Below, in pieces: positions 1-11,797 of a DNA stretch of 64,000 nucleotides. Within the stretch, counting starts at the first letter, position 1; each line of letters opens with the position of its first letter. The stretch comes from Octopus vulgaris (taxonomy: Eukaryota), in assembly GCA_951406725.2 (NCBI GenBank), contig OX597830.1:50034001-50098000 (forward strand), given 5' to 3'. A program made the position numbers and the translations under genes. The notes beneath the pieces were generated by a model, which was not told the origin of the DNA, made no database searches, and worked only from the letters and a program-made list of their open reading frames with translations.

Positions 1-893
1 TGCTGCCATACTGTGGCTCCACCTTGAAAGGTTTTAGTGAACAAAACAAAAAAAAATTCCCAGAGTTTATTTTTAAGTCTGCAATTTATTTCACTGGTGT
101 CTTTTATCAAATTGCCAACGTTAGTTGTCAAGCAATGCACGTGGCAGACACAAACATACAATGGGATTCTTTCAAAAGAATAAATACAAAGTCAAAGAGG
201 AGTGGACATCCCAGTTTAGATGCCTGCCACTCAAAGAATATCACCAAATCCCAAATTTATAAAGGAAAAAAAAAGATCTTAAAGGGAAATAACTGTTAAT
301 TTTTTAATGAGAGTTATTTCCCCTATATCGTTTTTGATTATTTTAACGATCACCAAATTGATGTGTTACAAATAGTAGTTAATTGCCGCTCGAATAACAC
401 ACACCACCATTTTAAACATAGTGAAAGAACATTGGCTTATGTCGTCTTGAATACATTATGTCGGACTTAAAGACAGGAAGGTCACAGCTGAAGAATCTCT
501 GACTATCAGCTGATAAATAAATCTGTCTATTGTAGATTTAGTCTCAGGGGTCAACAGGTGTTGTACAGGTGTGAAAGGTAACAGACAACGAAGTAGCCAG
601 GCGGTGGTGTTCATGTCCTGTGTTTCACTATGCTTTAAGTTGTGTAATATTGTCACCATAGTTCAAGGCTATAATAGAAGACATTTTCTCAAAGTGCCAC
701 ACAGTGGGAATGAACCCAGAACCATGTGGTTCGGAAGGAAGCTTCTTACCACACAGCCACTCCTGCACCTTATACATAGGTTTATTAATATTTAATAAAA
801 ATATGCATATAATCATATGTATATATTCAGTTCTATTTTTCCTGTTTGCACCAACATACCCGTGTGTGTGTGTGTATGTATGTATATATATAT

Positions 894-1202
894 ATCACGT
901 GATCACGTGACCTACCAGGTTATCAGATGTTGCTACACATCGCTGGTCACAATGCGCTTCGCATTGTTTTAACCATCAGAGGACGCCACCCCGCTGGCTA
1001 AGCGAACAGGCCAACAGAAGAAAGAGTGAGAGAAAGTTGTGGCGAAAGAGTACAGCAGGGATCACCACCAACCCCTGCTGGAGCCTTGTGGAGCTTTAGG
1101 TGTTTTTTGTTCAATAAACACTCACAACACCCGGTCTGGGAATCGAAACAGCAATCCTACAACCGCGAGTTCGCTGCCCTAACCACTGGACCATTGCGCC
1201 TC

Positions 1203-1205
<3 letters not shown>
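894..1205 (-). mobile_element. tRNA-derived SINE, family D (CORE-like; possibly an octopus OR-type family)
   Basis: Minus-strand head gtggaggcgcaatggtccagtggttagggcagcgaactcgcgg...ggtttcgattccc has A/B-box-like motifs. Close copy at 42660-42955; related head at 12600-12776. Confidence 0.8.
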
Positions 1206-1234
<29 letters not shown>

Positions 1235-1519
1235 TATGCATATATATATGAATATGGTTTAAAATGATATAGAAGGCAAAGACAAGTAGGGGAACAACAA
1301 ACAGGATATATTAATTTGGCAGAAAAGGAAGTCTTTGGCGTTTATGCTCTTCCACAGAAAGGAACAAGGGGAGAAAACAGATAGAGAAAGGAAGAAATGG
1401 GGGCAAAAATGTATGTGTGTGTGTATGTGTGTTTATATATATGTATATATATTTAAGCATGTGTACATACATACATATGCATATGTGTGTGTGTATATAT
1501 ATATATCTATCAGTCTATC

Positions 1520-1561
<42 letters not shown>

Positions 1562-1673
1562 TATATACTATGTGTGTGTATCTGTGTATGTATGTGTGTG
1601 TGTCCGTGTGTACAGATACAGTCACTCTTTATTTAGTCAAAATCAATAACAAAAAAAAACTATAAATTCTTAC

Positions 1674-1737
1674 AATTTGTTATGACCCCACCAATTGGGT
1701 CACCTTTGAAATCAAATTCTATGTCCATATATTTCCC
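1674..1737 (-). CDS. MYO1B: Myosin I motor exon, 64 nt: GKYMDIEFDFKGDPIGGVITN
   Basis: Acceptor ttttatttttcag, donor T|gtaaga. Continues SSRF-GKY. GKYMDIEFDFKGDP is typical of class I myosins. Confidence 0.95.
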
Positions 1738-2959
1738 CTGAAAAATAAAAGCAACAACATTAACACCAAGAACATTTACAGAAGCACAGAAGACAGCCAC
1801 ATGTTGATGGAATGCAATAAAGGTGACATGTTATTGTGAATGAAGTAAATAGCTTCTCAAAACATGTTTTCTTTTTTTTTTTGCTTGGGTAGCAACAGAT
1901 ATTCCTTATTTGCTTACCCTTAGAAAGTAAGAAAAATGGCTAACATTTCCTTCAAACTTTGCTTTTGTTACATTTATTCAAACCCCAAAGAATCCCCTTT
2001 CAACACATGGTTATTATGCTCTCCTGCTCACCATCAGAGATGCACATATTGTCAGCCACCAAGGGACATGCTCAAGTGGTTAACGTCAAGCAAGTGCCAA
2101 GCAAATCTGTGGTATTGAGCAGAATATTTGCTATAATGATATTTCTGCTTCAGCAACTCACAGCTGAATCTGCCTGAAATGTAATGGAAAATAGATCAGT
2201 TTCAAAACATTAATGCCCAGGTCACAGAAGCAAAGTTTCAAGGGAATAGTAGTTGTTTCCTTTGATTTCTAGAGAGAGGCAAATAGGAAATAACACTGAC
2301 CAAAGACAAAACAAAAATGAAAATTTTGTTACAGTGTTATAGTTACTTTTAACATAGGTGCTCTCAACCATTTTTTTATCTGTTGACCCCATTAGTTACA
2401 CTTTTATTCTGGTGGACCCCATAGCCATTTGATATTTAAAAACTATTTCGTCTTTGGATTTGGTTTGCAAGATTCTTTATATGAGTTCATGTGTTGAAGC
2501 ATATTTTATTGTGTCTGGGGAGCAAAATATCCAGACAGATGATATAAGGAAAACAAGGACAAATCATTCGGAGTTTTCGATCCTCAGTCAAGTTCCAGAT
2601 TATCTTTGCAATTTTGGTTGGTTCTACTCGAGATTGCTCCAATCTGGCCAGCCCCAAGGAAAAATGAGCTTGGAAGAATGCAGTGAATGTATACAAAAAC
2701 AAGGACCGAAAAAAAAAATTCTCCCCAGGAATGTAATGCTCTTGGCTTATTTTTCCTTGGGGGCTGGCCAGATTGGAGCAATATCGAGTATAACCAGTAT
2801 TAAGTTGATGATTGGAACATGAGTTAACGCAAAATTTTGATGGAAGATTTTAACTTATTCTTTTTTTCCCTTTATTCTTTTAATGGCTTCAGTTGTAAGA
2901 CTGCAGCCATGCTGGAGCACTGCTATAATTTATTTTCTTTTGTTGTTTTGTGGCTGGAA

Positions 2960-3215
2960 GTTGGTCCACAATCAAGTTTGGAGCAGCTGATTTTCCCTGA
3001 GTGTATCCTTGAATGGTTGGCTGGTCCAGTATCACCATTAGGAATTAATCTAAATGTTTTTTTTTTTAATGTTTCAGTAGAGGTTCCTTTTATATTTCTG
3101 ATTTCTTTAGGTAAGCAGTTGAATAAGTGAAGACCTCTAAATATCATACAGGTATAGCTAAACTATGTTTCTAGGGGTATGTGGGGCTCTTTGTGACTTT
3201 CTGTACAACAATGTC
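2960..3215 (-). mobile_element. CR1/L2-group LINE C-terminal remnant
   Basis: Translates to FRGLHLFNCLPKEIRNIKGTSTETLKK, typical of the RT C-terminus of these LINEs. Confidence 0.6.
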
Positions 3216-3221
3216 AAGGTT

Positions 3222-3545
3222 ATACGGGGTGTCCCAAAAGTCACTGATGGATTTCAATTTTGAATAACTTCCTTCACTTCACAAATAAATGCACGAAATT
3301 TTGATACAATATAAAGGGCATTATGGAAATTAATTATTTAACCTTTTCCCCCTCTTTTCAGATTTTATGTGCTTTCATTTGAATGGATTCATCAACAAAC
3401 AAAAATGCTATTTTGGGGGCTCTGAGAACCCAAGAACAGAGCACCAATGAGAACTGCAGCCCCCTGTAAAGTGCATGGTATGGTGTGGATTGATAGAAGA
3501 TGGAATTATCAGTCTTTATTCCTTTGAGGACGATGACAGCTTTTA
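3222..3545 (+). mobile_element. Tc1/mariner-superfamily transposon remnant (left TIR plus transposase fragment)
   Basis: Terminus ta-cggggtgtcccaaaagtc. Translates to FHLNGFINKQKCYFGGSENP...VWCGLIEDGII.LYSFE, matching the FHLNGxVNKQN..WGSENP/VWCG..GIIGPYFFE transposase pattern. Confidence 0.8.
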
Positions 3546-3757
3546 AATGACTGTTCTATTGTGTGGAGCTATTTATGTTGAACAATATTATTATATGCCC
3601 TTCAGACAGATAAAAAGTTAAAGTAGCCCACGCCACATAACAATAGCTATTGTCACCACCACCACCGCAACTGTTAATAAAAAATATAGAAATTGATTTA
3701 AGAAACAAAGAGAGCAAAAAAATTTAAATATATGTATGTATATATAATCCAACTTAC

Positions 3758-3804
3758 AAATCTGGAAGAATTATCATTCCTGGCCGTCTTAGCATTACCA
3801 AAAG
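3758..3804 (-). CDS. MYO1B: Myosin I motor exon, 47 nt, switch I: AFGNAKTARNDNSSRF
   Basis: Acceptor ttatctcttgcag, donor |gtaagt. G+CT = Ala continues the frame. Contains the conserved NDNSSRF motif. Confidence 0.96.
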
Positions 3805-4009
3805 CTGCAAGAGATAAAAATGAAGGGCTTTAAACAAAACCAGAAATATTTGGCACACAAATATGTGAAAGAATATGTAAACCTTATCTCTTGATTACAC
3901 CCAGCTCCTTTCTTGACCATTCCACTGACAGAGTAACAATTCTAATAATATATACACAAACTAGTTACATACATAATGATATATTAAGTATATGCACAAG
4001 CATTATATA

Positions 4010-4570
4010 CAAGCATCCGAAAGTTCCTGGACTAGTTATGCTTAATGAAAATTACCCAAGTTTTACCATCATCTCCTTTGAAATAGTCACCTTGTGCATC
4101 ACTACACCAGTCCCAGCATTCCTGCCACTTTTGGAATCTGGCCTGGAAGTCATTTTCTGTAAGTGAGTCAAGAACCTTCTGTGACATTTGAGCATCATTT
4201 TTATTTTATTTTGCAGAAGAGATGGAAGTCTGCAGGTGCTAATCTGGCAAATAGGGTGGGTGTGGAAGTGATACCATGTTGATTTTGGTATAAAAAAATT
4301 CATGAGTGAGGAGAGCTCCGTGATGGTGCATTGTCACTATGAAGAATCTAATTCTTTGTGCTCCACAGATCCAGTCACTTGCACCGAATGTCCCCCCCCA
4401 AATGCTTCGAAACGTTGCAGTAGAATTCTTGGTTGATGATCTGGCCCCTGGAAGAGGAATTCTCAATGCAAAATACTGCAGATGTTGGAAAAAATGAAGA
4501 ACATGCTTGATTGAGGTGCGGCTCTTTTATGCCTTCTTCAGTAGTGGAGATGAAGGCCTCTTCCATTTGG
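4010..4570 (-). mobile_element. mariner (DD34D-type) transposase 3' remnant with frameshifts
   Basis: Across frames: GQIINQEFYCNV, ILHSDNAP, NMVSLPHPPYLPDLAPADFHLF, NDFQARFQKWQECWDWC..QGDYF. These are mariner catalytic motifs (HDNA, PHPPYSPDLAP). Confidence 0.9.
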
Positions 4571-4589
4571 ACAACTGCTGCTTCATCTC

Positions 4590-5606
4590 ACAGCCTACTT
4601 CAGACATGAAATGTTCAAGAAGCTCATTGATGTTACGGAAGACACTGATGTGACAGTTTTGCCAAAGAAGTTGCAAAGTGGGTCACCATTTTGGATACCA
4701 TGCACATGCTAAGCATAGCTTGGAAGAAGGTCTCTAGCCAGACAATCAAACATTGTTGGAGCAAAGCTTGTTTTGTTTTTGGCCAAAAAATCAAATGAAG
4801 TCATAGATGTTAACAAAGATTTGATCCTGCCTTCAATGCCAACTGGATTGACTAAAAAGCAATTTAAGAACTGGTTGTCCATAAATGATGGTGCTTTTGT
4901 TGCCCCAGAGATCATCACCGAAGAAGAAGAAACTAGATGAGATCATTCATGACATTCAGCAACCTGAGAAGGAATCCAAAGGAGATGAAGATGATGATTC
5001 CGACATTGATGTTGATGAAAGAGTTCTGGCACCTCCAACACCAACTGAAATGAGACACTAACTCAATTAGAAAGTGGCCTTAAAAATTTTGATTGGCACG
5101 TAAAAAGCACCATCTGTACATGGTCGATGCCAGCTCCGCCTTGACTGGCTTCCGTGTCGGTGGCACGTAAAAAGCACCCACTACATTCACGGAGTGGTTG
5201 GTGTTAAGCAGGGTATCCAGCTGTAGAAACACTGCCAGATTAGACTGGAGCCTAGTGCAGCCTCCTGGCTTCCCAGACCCCAGTTGAACCGTCCAACTCA
5301 TGCTAGCATGGAAAATGGACGTTAAAAGACAACGATGATGATGACATGAATCTTTTTAGAACTCTTAAGGAAAAAATCAATGCAGAGTTGCAGACAAAAT
5401 GTCCAGCAAAGAACACTTGACAAATTTTTCATTCAATGACATTGTTTATAGTGTTTTTATTTGTGTATTTTTATATGTTTGTATTCTAATAAATACACTT
5501 ATTTCATCAATTGGCGAATTTTGTTCCCTCTGTTAAAAAAGTCCCTCATTTAATAAATCCAAAACAAGCAGTCCCAAGATGGATTTATAAAGTGGGGTCT
5601 ATTGTA
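4590..5606 (+). mobile_element. Tigger/pogo-like transposon 3' part, interrupted by an RTE-tail insert at about 5085-5345
   Basis: VTILDTMHMLSIAWKKVSSQTIKHCWSKACF (end of the DDE_1 domain), then an acidic C-terminus and a TLDKFF-like end. Terminal sequence ...gtggggtctattg-ta. Confidence 0.75.
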
Positions 5607-6653
5607 TATATCTTTTATCTTTTCCATGTTTCAGACATTAGACTGCAGCCATGCTGGGGCACAGCCTTGGAGAATTGACGCCAGTACTTACCATTTTAAG
5701 TCCAGTACTTATTCTGTATGTCCCTTTTGCCAAACTGCTAAGATGAGGGGACGTAAACACAGACGCATGCAAGCATGTGCGTGCTCACACACAAATACAC
5801 ACATGATGGTCTTCTTACATTATCCATCTACCAAGTCCACTCACAAAGCTTTGGTCTCTGCTCAGATTAAAATCTTTAAATTGAAGTGAAAGTATTCATT
5901 ATTTTCACTCTTTTAATATTTAAAGAAACAAAATTTTCAGGATACACTAAATTCCATGTACAGAATCTCATTACAACTGGCATCAGATCAACCAACCTCT
6001 TTAGAAGGAACCTGGAGTTATTATCTCCGGCAATAATGTTAACACATTACCGAACTTCTAAATTCTTCAACTGTCCACTCCATTAACCTTTATCGAAAGC
6101 AACAGAACCTGTTTAAAGAGAAACATGTTGTACATCGGCAATCATCTCATAAATTCTTTGAACATTTCCCCCCGCAAGAGAAGCAGAACAACTTCAGCAG
6201 AACTACCAGGGAACTAACACTGCATGTGTAAATGTGTGATGTTGCCAACTGGAAATCTCTGAAGATTTTGAATCCAGAATGGAACTCAAAAGTTATTTCA
6301 TTCTGCTAGCACGACGACCATCAAAGGAATAGCATTTGTATCTGAGTTCAATTAAACTATAATTACCACAAACAAGAGAGCTCTTCCAATATTTTCCCAA
6401 GTTTTAACGTTCAAATTGGTATTTGGATGATTGTTGACAGAGAGAACAGACGAAAAACAAATAATAATAATAATAATAATAGTAATAATAGTAGTAATCA
6501 TCATCATCATCATCATCATCATCATTTAGCGTCCGCTTTCCATGCTAGCATGGGTTGGACGGTTCAACTGGGGTCTGTGAAGCCAGAAGGCTGCATCAGG
6601 CCCGGTCTGATCTGGCAGTGTTTCTATGGCTGGATGCCCTTCCTAACGCCAAA

Positions 6654-6687
<34 letters not shown>

Positions 6688-6789
6688 TGATGATGATGAT
6701 GATAATGATAATAATGATAATAATAATAATGGTAATAATGATAATAAATAATAATAATAATGATAATAATAATAATAATAATAATGATA

Positions 6790-7118
6790 ATTGTGGAATC
6801 TTAAAACAAAAACTGTTCCTGTTATTGTAGGTGCCCTAGGTATGATAAAAAAGGGATGTCAGAAACACCTAGACAATATCCCTGGAAAACCATGTCTCAA
6901 GGAAATCCAAAAGATTGTGCTAACAAGTACTGCCCACATCCTTAGAAAAACCCTATCAATGTAAATGTTTGTGTTTGCATTACATGGAGATATATCTCTA
7001 CTTCCCTCCCCAAGCTTTCAGCTATATTTCAACAACTCTTAACCTTCACTTGCCCTAGGGCGCTGGGTGTGCCCCGGCAGGTGATTGCATCAAACATGCA
7101 GATTAAAAGTAAATGACA
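6790..7118 (+). mobile_element. R4/Dong-like RLE non-LTR retrotransposon 3' end inserted in (AAT)n
   Basis: LWNLKTKTVPVIVGALGMIKKGCQKHLDNIPGKPCLKEIQKIVLTSTAHILRKTLSM* is the restriction-like endonuclease C-terminus, followed by a 3'UTR. (AAT)n on both sides. Confidence 0.85.
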
Positions 7119-7160
7119 ATAATAATAATAATAATAATAATAATGGTAATAATGATAATA

Positions 7161-7207
<47 letters not shown>

Positions 7208-7216
7208 TAATAATAA

Positions 7217-7774
7217 ATGCCCTGATGCAGTACCAGGCAGTGACTCTCATGGCTTCTGATCTTAACTGATTGGAAGTGTTATCATGTACATTGTTTTGTC
7301 TTGGTATAAAAGATGGGCTACAGCAAATATTCTGCTCAATACCACAGATTTGCTTGTCAGTTGTTTGACCTTAACCAGTTGAGCATGTCCCTTAGTGGCT
7401 GACAATATGTGCATCTCTGATCATGAGCAGAAGTAGTGGGGGAGCATCATAGCCATGTGTTGAGAGGGATTCTTTGGGGTTTGAATAATTCACCTCTGGA
7501 AACATGGGTGGTTCTTTCAACATCCTTAAACAACCCTTATTCAGGGACCTTTTGAGCGGGATGGGCTACTCAACCTGAAGAAAATTCTAACTGGGCCCCA
7601 CCTGCAAGGTCATGTGCTGTTTATCTTGATATGAGATCACCATGTCGCGCACATATGGTTGTGATGCATGTGCCTGGTGTACCTTTTTATCAGACGGGTA
7701 GTCATGATGCGTATATTGGGCTTCGTATATTTTACCCCAGTGTCACTTTGATGGCATGCACTGCTCTCTCACTC
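7217..7774. repeat. About 560-bp non-coding interspersed element inserted in (AAT)n
   Basis: Close copy at 31380-31870 ends at the same ctctctcactc|aataat junction. Partial inverted copy at about 1968-2135. Confidence 0.85.
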
Positions 7775-7808
<34 letters not shown>

Positions 7809-7809
<1 letters not shown>

Positions 7810-8105
7810 GGAATGATAAAAAAAAGGCACTGAAACCTATTTGAAAATGATTCCAGGCTTACCATCCCTACAGGAAGTGCAAAAAATCGTATTAACTGGA
7901 ACGGCTCATGTACTGAGAAGAGCACTATCGCTGTGAAAATAACATCCATCCATGAATTTATTTATTTATTAATTTTTAAATACATATTTTATCTGTGAAT
8001 TTGCACGTGTAATCCGGGAATGCATACAATGCCCTTCTCTGCCCTAGGTGTATGGAAAACACTCGGCGAGAAACGGAAGAAAATTTGAAGAAAGAAGGAA
8101 AAAAC
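7809..8105 (+). mobile_element. Second, diverged R4/Dong-like 3' end in (AAT)n
   Basis: GMIKK/GTETYLKMIPGLPSLQEVQKIVLTGTAHVLRRALSL* (one frameshift), followed by a 3'UTR. Flanked by (AAT)n. Confidence 0.8.
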
Positions 8106-8439
8106 ATAATAATAATAATAACGACAATAATAATAGCCACTGGAGTGGCTGTGTGGTTCCGGGTTTGGTCCCACTGCCTGGCACCTTGAGCAAGAGTCTT
8201 CTACTATAGCCCCAGGCTGACCAAAGCCTTGTGAATGGATTGGTAGATGGAAACTGAAAGAAGCCTGTCATATATATATATGTGTGTGTATGTTTGTGTG
8301 TCTGTGTTTGTCACCCGAACATCGCTTGACAACCAATAATGGTGCGTTTACATCTTTGTAACTTAGCAGTTCAGCACAAGAGACCGATAGGATATGTATT
8401 AGGCTTACAAAGAGTGGGAGTGGGGGACAAATACATATT

Positions 8440-8667
8440 TTGACCCTTTAGCAGTCAAATTAATCTGTCAAATGTAATCCTTATGTATTCATATTGTTTA
8501 GAAATTAATCACACATGGTCTCATCACTTTGGAATTTTGATGATGCGGTTGTATATTTTTAGAATGACATTGTAGGATAGGTGTGAAAAGCCAGATATGG
8601 CGAGTTTGAGAGTAAAACAGGTAGAATGTTTGGGCCAGGTACGGACGGTTAAATGCTGAAGGGTTAA
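8440..8667. mobile_element. piggyBac-type MITE
   Basis: Termini (ttga)ccctttagca...tgctgaaggg(ttaa). Homologous to 10542-10766. Confidence 0.65.
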
Positions 8668-8985
8668 CAGTGGTTAGAGTGTCAGGCTCACAATTATGAG
8701 GTGGTGAGTTCAATTCCTGAACCAGGCAGTGTGTTGTGTTCTTGAGCAAGACACTTTATTTCATATTGCTCTAATTAACTCAGTTGTAGAACTGAGTTGT
8801 GACATTACTGGTTCCAAGCTGTATTGGCTCTTTGCCTTTTCTTTGGACAACATTGGTGGTGTGGAAAGGTGGAAGCTGATATGTATGGGTGACTGCTGGT
8901 CTTCTATAAACAACCTTGACCCAACTTGTGCCTCAGAGAGTAACTTTCTAGGAGCAATACAATGGTCATTCATGACCGAAGGGGG
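8668..8985 (+). mobile_element. Diverged tRNA/CORE-type SINE
   Basis: gtggttagagtgtcaggc...gagttcaattcc head followed by a CORE-like tgttgtgttcttgagcaagacactt. Confidence 0.6.
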
Positions 8986-10249
8986 TCTTTATATTTAGAA
9001 ACATGTATGTGTGTGTGTACCCTGGCCATGCTGGAGCACCATAGACATCGTGTGTTGTTTTGCAACTAAATTGCACTTCCTTTCACACCAAAATATTTAT
9101 TCATGTTAAGAGTGTTAAAAGACTCAGATGATACAACAGTGTGTGAGCAGGGTGGGAACAGGGTGGGACCAGACACAAATACCAAAGAAATGGAAGAAAC
9201 ACAATCCGCATAATGTTATTAATATTAGTAGAAATTCTATCAAAATGGTAACAAAAGAGGGAAACTATTCTCCCTCCTCTTGTATCAAAGCAGAAATATA
9301 TTTGATCGTATGGTAGAGGTGATAAGATAGAATATGACCCTAGAATAATAGAAGAGATCAGCAAACAGTTCCTGGTATTCTGCTATATGTACAACTACAT
9401 ACAATCATCTGTGTGTCTGTCCATCTCTGAGACTCTTTTTCTCTCTCTAATTTCTTATTTTGGTGTCTAGTGGACACAAAAATATTTAAATATACATTAC
9501 CAATTTTATATGTACAATTCATAAAATAGCTATGTATACATACACACATACGTAAGTTATACACAAACTTTTAGCTTTCATCTCACTTTTCTATATCAAG
9601 AGATGAATTAGTTCTTGAATGAGAGGTCAACTAGAATTTCGGCCGCAACATCTAGAATTATTGGGACAAAGCAGCCTGCCTCATAGAAGTTTCTACTGCT
9701 AATTTTCAAAGGGTATTAATCTAACTTGGGTGTATGAAGATTGTAGGGAGGCTAGATACCAAAATTCCCCTCTCAGCCTCACACATGGGGCTCAACAGAT
9801 CACATCAGTAGGTTTAGCACTGTTTTAGTAAAGAGAGTTTCCAAAATAGCATAGAATCAAGAACCAGACTGTATTAGAACCTGCAGAATGGATTTACGAT
9901 AAAGTTAAGTCCTGGACATTTGTCTCGTGGAGCAGTGATGCTGTGGAGAGCTGTAACTTTGGACGGAGGCCTGTTCCAGATATTGTGATCTGGAGCCAGT
10001 TGAATCTGAATCATATATTTATTCTTTTCAAAGATGTGATTGTTTGTTTTTAGAATGATATTGTAGGGAAAGTGTGAGAGGTTGGATCTGATCACGTCGA
10101 ACATAAAATAAGTATAGCAATTGGGCCAGAAAAGGGTGAAGGCTTAGCAGTTCATATAATTTTATTATAAATGAGTCAGAGTTCATAATTAACATTAAGA
10201 GAAAGAAAAAGAACAGGGATTCCACATTTAAGGGACTTTAAACCATGTA

Positions 10250-10495
10250 ACTGTTACTTACTGCCAGCATCAATTGTTAGTTGTCAGAGCACTGCATCCT
10301 TCAAAACTTCCATGCTTCCTGAGATTTGCCAACACTACACCTGATTTTTCTCCCCTCCATACACATGCAAGTATGTATCTGACTCATACACTGTTCACTT
10401 CCCAGACATTTCTACATTACTGCATATGCTTTATACACACTTTTGACAAGTTGTGGAGCACCTGAGCACTGTAAACAATAATTTCATTATTATAT
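10250..10495 (+). mobile_element. CR1/L2-type LINE 3' end with (ATT)n tail
   Basis: LPASIVSCQSTASFKTSMLPEICQHYT* followed by a 3'UTR ending in tcattattat. Confidence 0.55.
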
Positions 10496-10541
10496 AATTT
10501 TTTAATGAAAGAGCTATCTCTCTGTTACCAGTTCCTACTTG

Positions 10542-10766
10542 TTAACCCTTTAGCACTCAGATTACACTGCAGGATATAATGTTTATTTATTCACATTGCT
10601 TTGAATTAATGATGCATTATCTCATATCTTCAAGAGGTCAATGATATGACTGTTTTTAGAATGACATTGTATGATAGGAGCGAGAGGTTGGATCTGGCTA
10701 CTTTGAATTTAAAACAGCAAGAATATTTGGGTCTGACATGGTTGGTTTAAATGCCAAAAGGTTAAA
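10542..10766. mobile_element. piggyBac-type MITE with TTAA target duplication
   Basis: ttaa-ccctttagca ... tgccaaaagg-ttaa. Same family as 8440-8667; partial copy at about 10030-10140. Confidence 0.7.
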
Positions 10767-11764
10767 TGATTATCTGCTAATTAATTCACAGGTCACTCTC
10801 CACAGGTATGTTTCAGAGGTTATTCCTCTGCTCTCTTAGTGCTAGCAGGATAGGTGATGATGCTAATGTAAAATAATGTAGCTAATTATGTCATTATCAT
10901 TTGATGTTTATCAATAATAACGAAGTCAAAAGATATAAACTATATATATAAATTAACAGTAAAATTTATTTAATATTTTATAACGAGAAAATTGAGACAG
11001 ATATTGGGCGATGATGAGAGTGGGGAGTGTCTATTGAATTGAGCTTATTTTTCTGTCTCTGCTTATTACACACACACTGACACACATACACATGTACACT
11101 CACATACAATGCGTGTATGTAGAAAGACTCCAACACAAATATACTTCTGCATGAACATGTGCTCATACGAAGCTATTACCAGATGTAAGCATATATGTCT
11201 ATTGAGAGAGATGAGGATGTACCAACACACACACACATAATATAATCCATAGAAAGATGTGTATTGCCAATGCATACACTACAACAACAACTGCACAGGT
11301 TGGTGATAAAAGGAAGCCGGCAAAAGCAAGGAGGACATGATAATGAGCCAACAACCACCATGAAGAGGTGCTTATATTGATTAAAGTAAACAAACCTGGA
11401 GCAGATGGTCATCGCATTATGCAAACCACACTGATGGCCTGTAAATATAAACATCACTACAACTAGTTCTGTAGATTGTATGCGCATGTGTATCTCTCTA
11501 TATACATATGTAGGTATGTGTGTATGTGTGTGTGTTTACAAATGTATTTCTTCGAGAAATACATATATCGAAGAAAGAAAAAGTCAGTAACACTGGCAGA
11601 GAGATTCTTCGAATGCAGTCTCTGAATGCAAGACTGTCACTCCCATGTGGGCTTGTGCAACGACAGTAGACACTGCACCGCCATCAACAGCTGACACAAA
11701 ATTCTCCAGGCACGGATCCATGGTCTTTCGAGACCGACGGACGCCTATCTATCTACATGTATAT

Positions 11765-11797
<33 letters not shown>

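Noticed and set aside
11396-11438. Possible 43-nt cassette exon on the myosin strand (tttacag|...CAG|gtttgt)
   Set aside because: It is frameshifting, encodes no myosin-like sequence and has a weak donor. The flanking exons already join perfectly.
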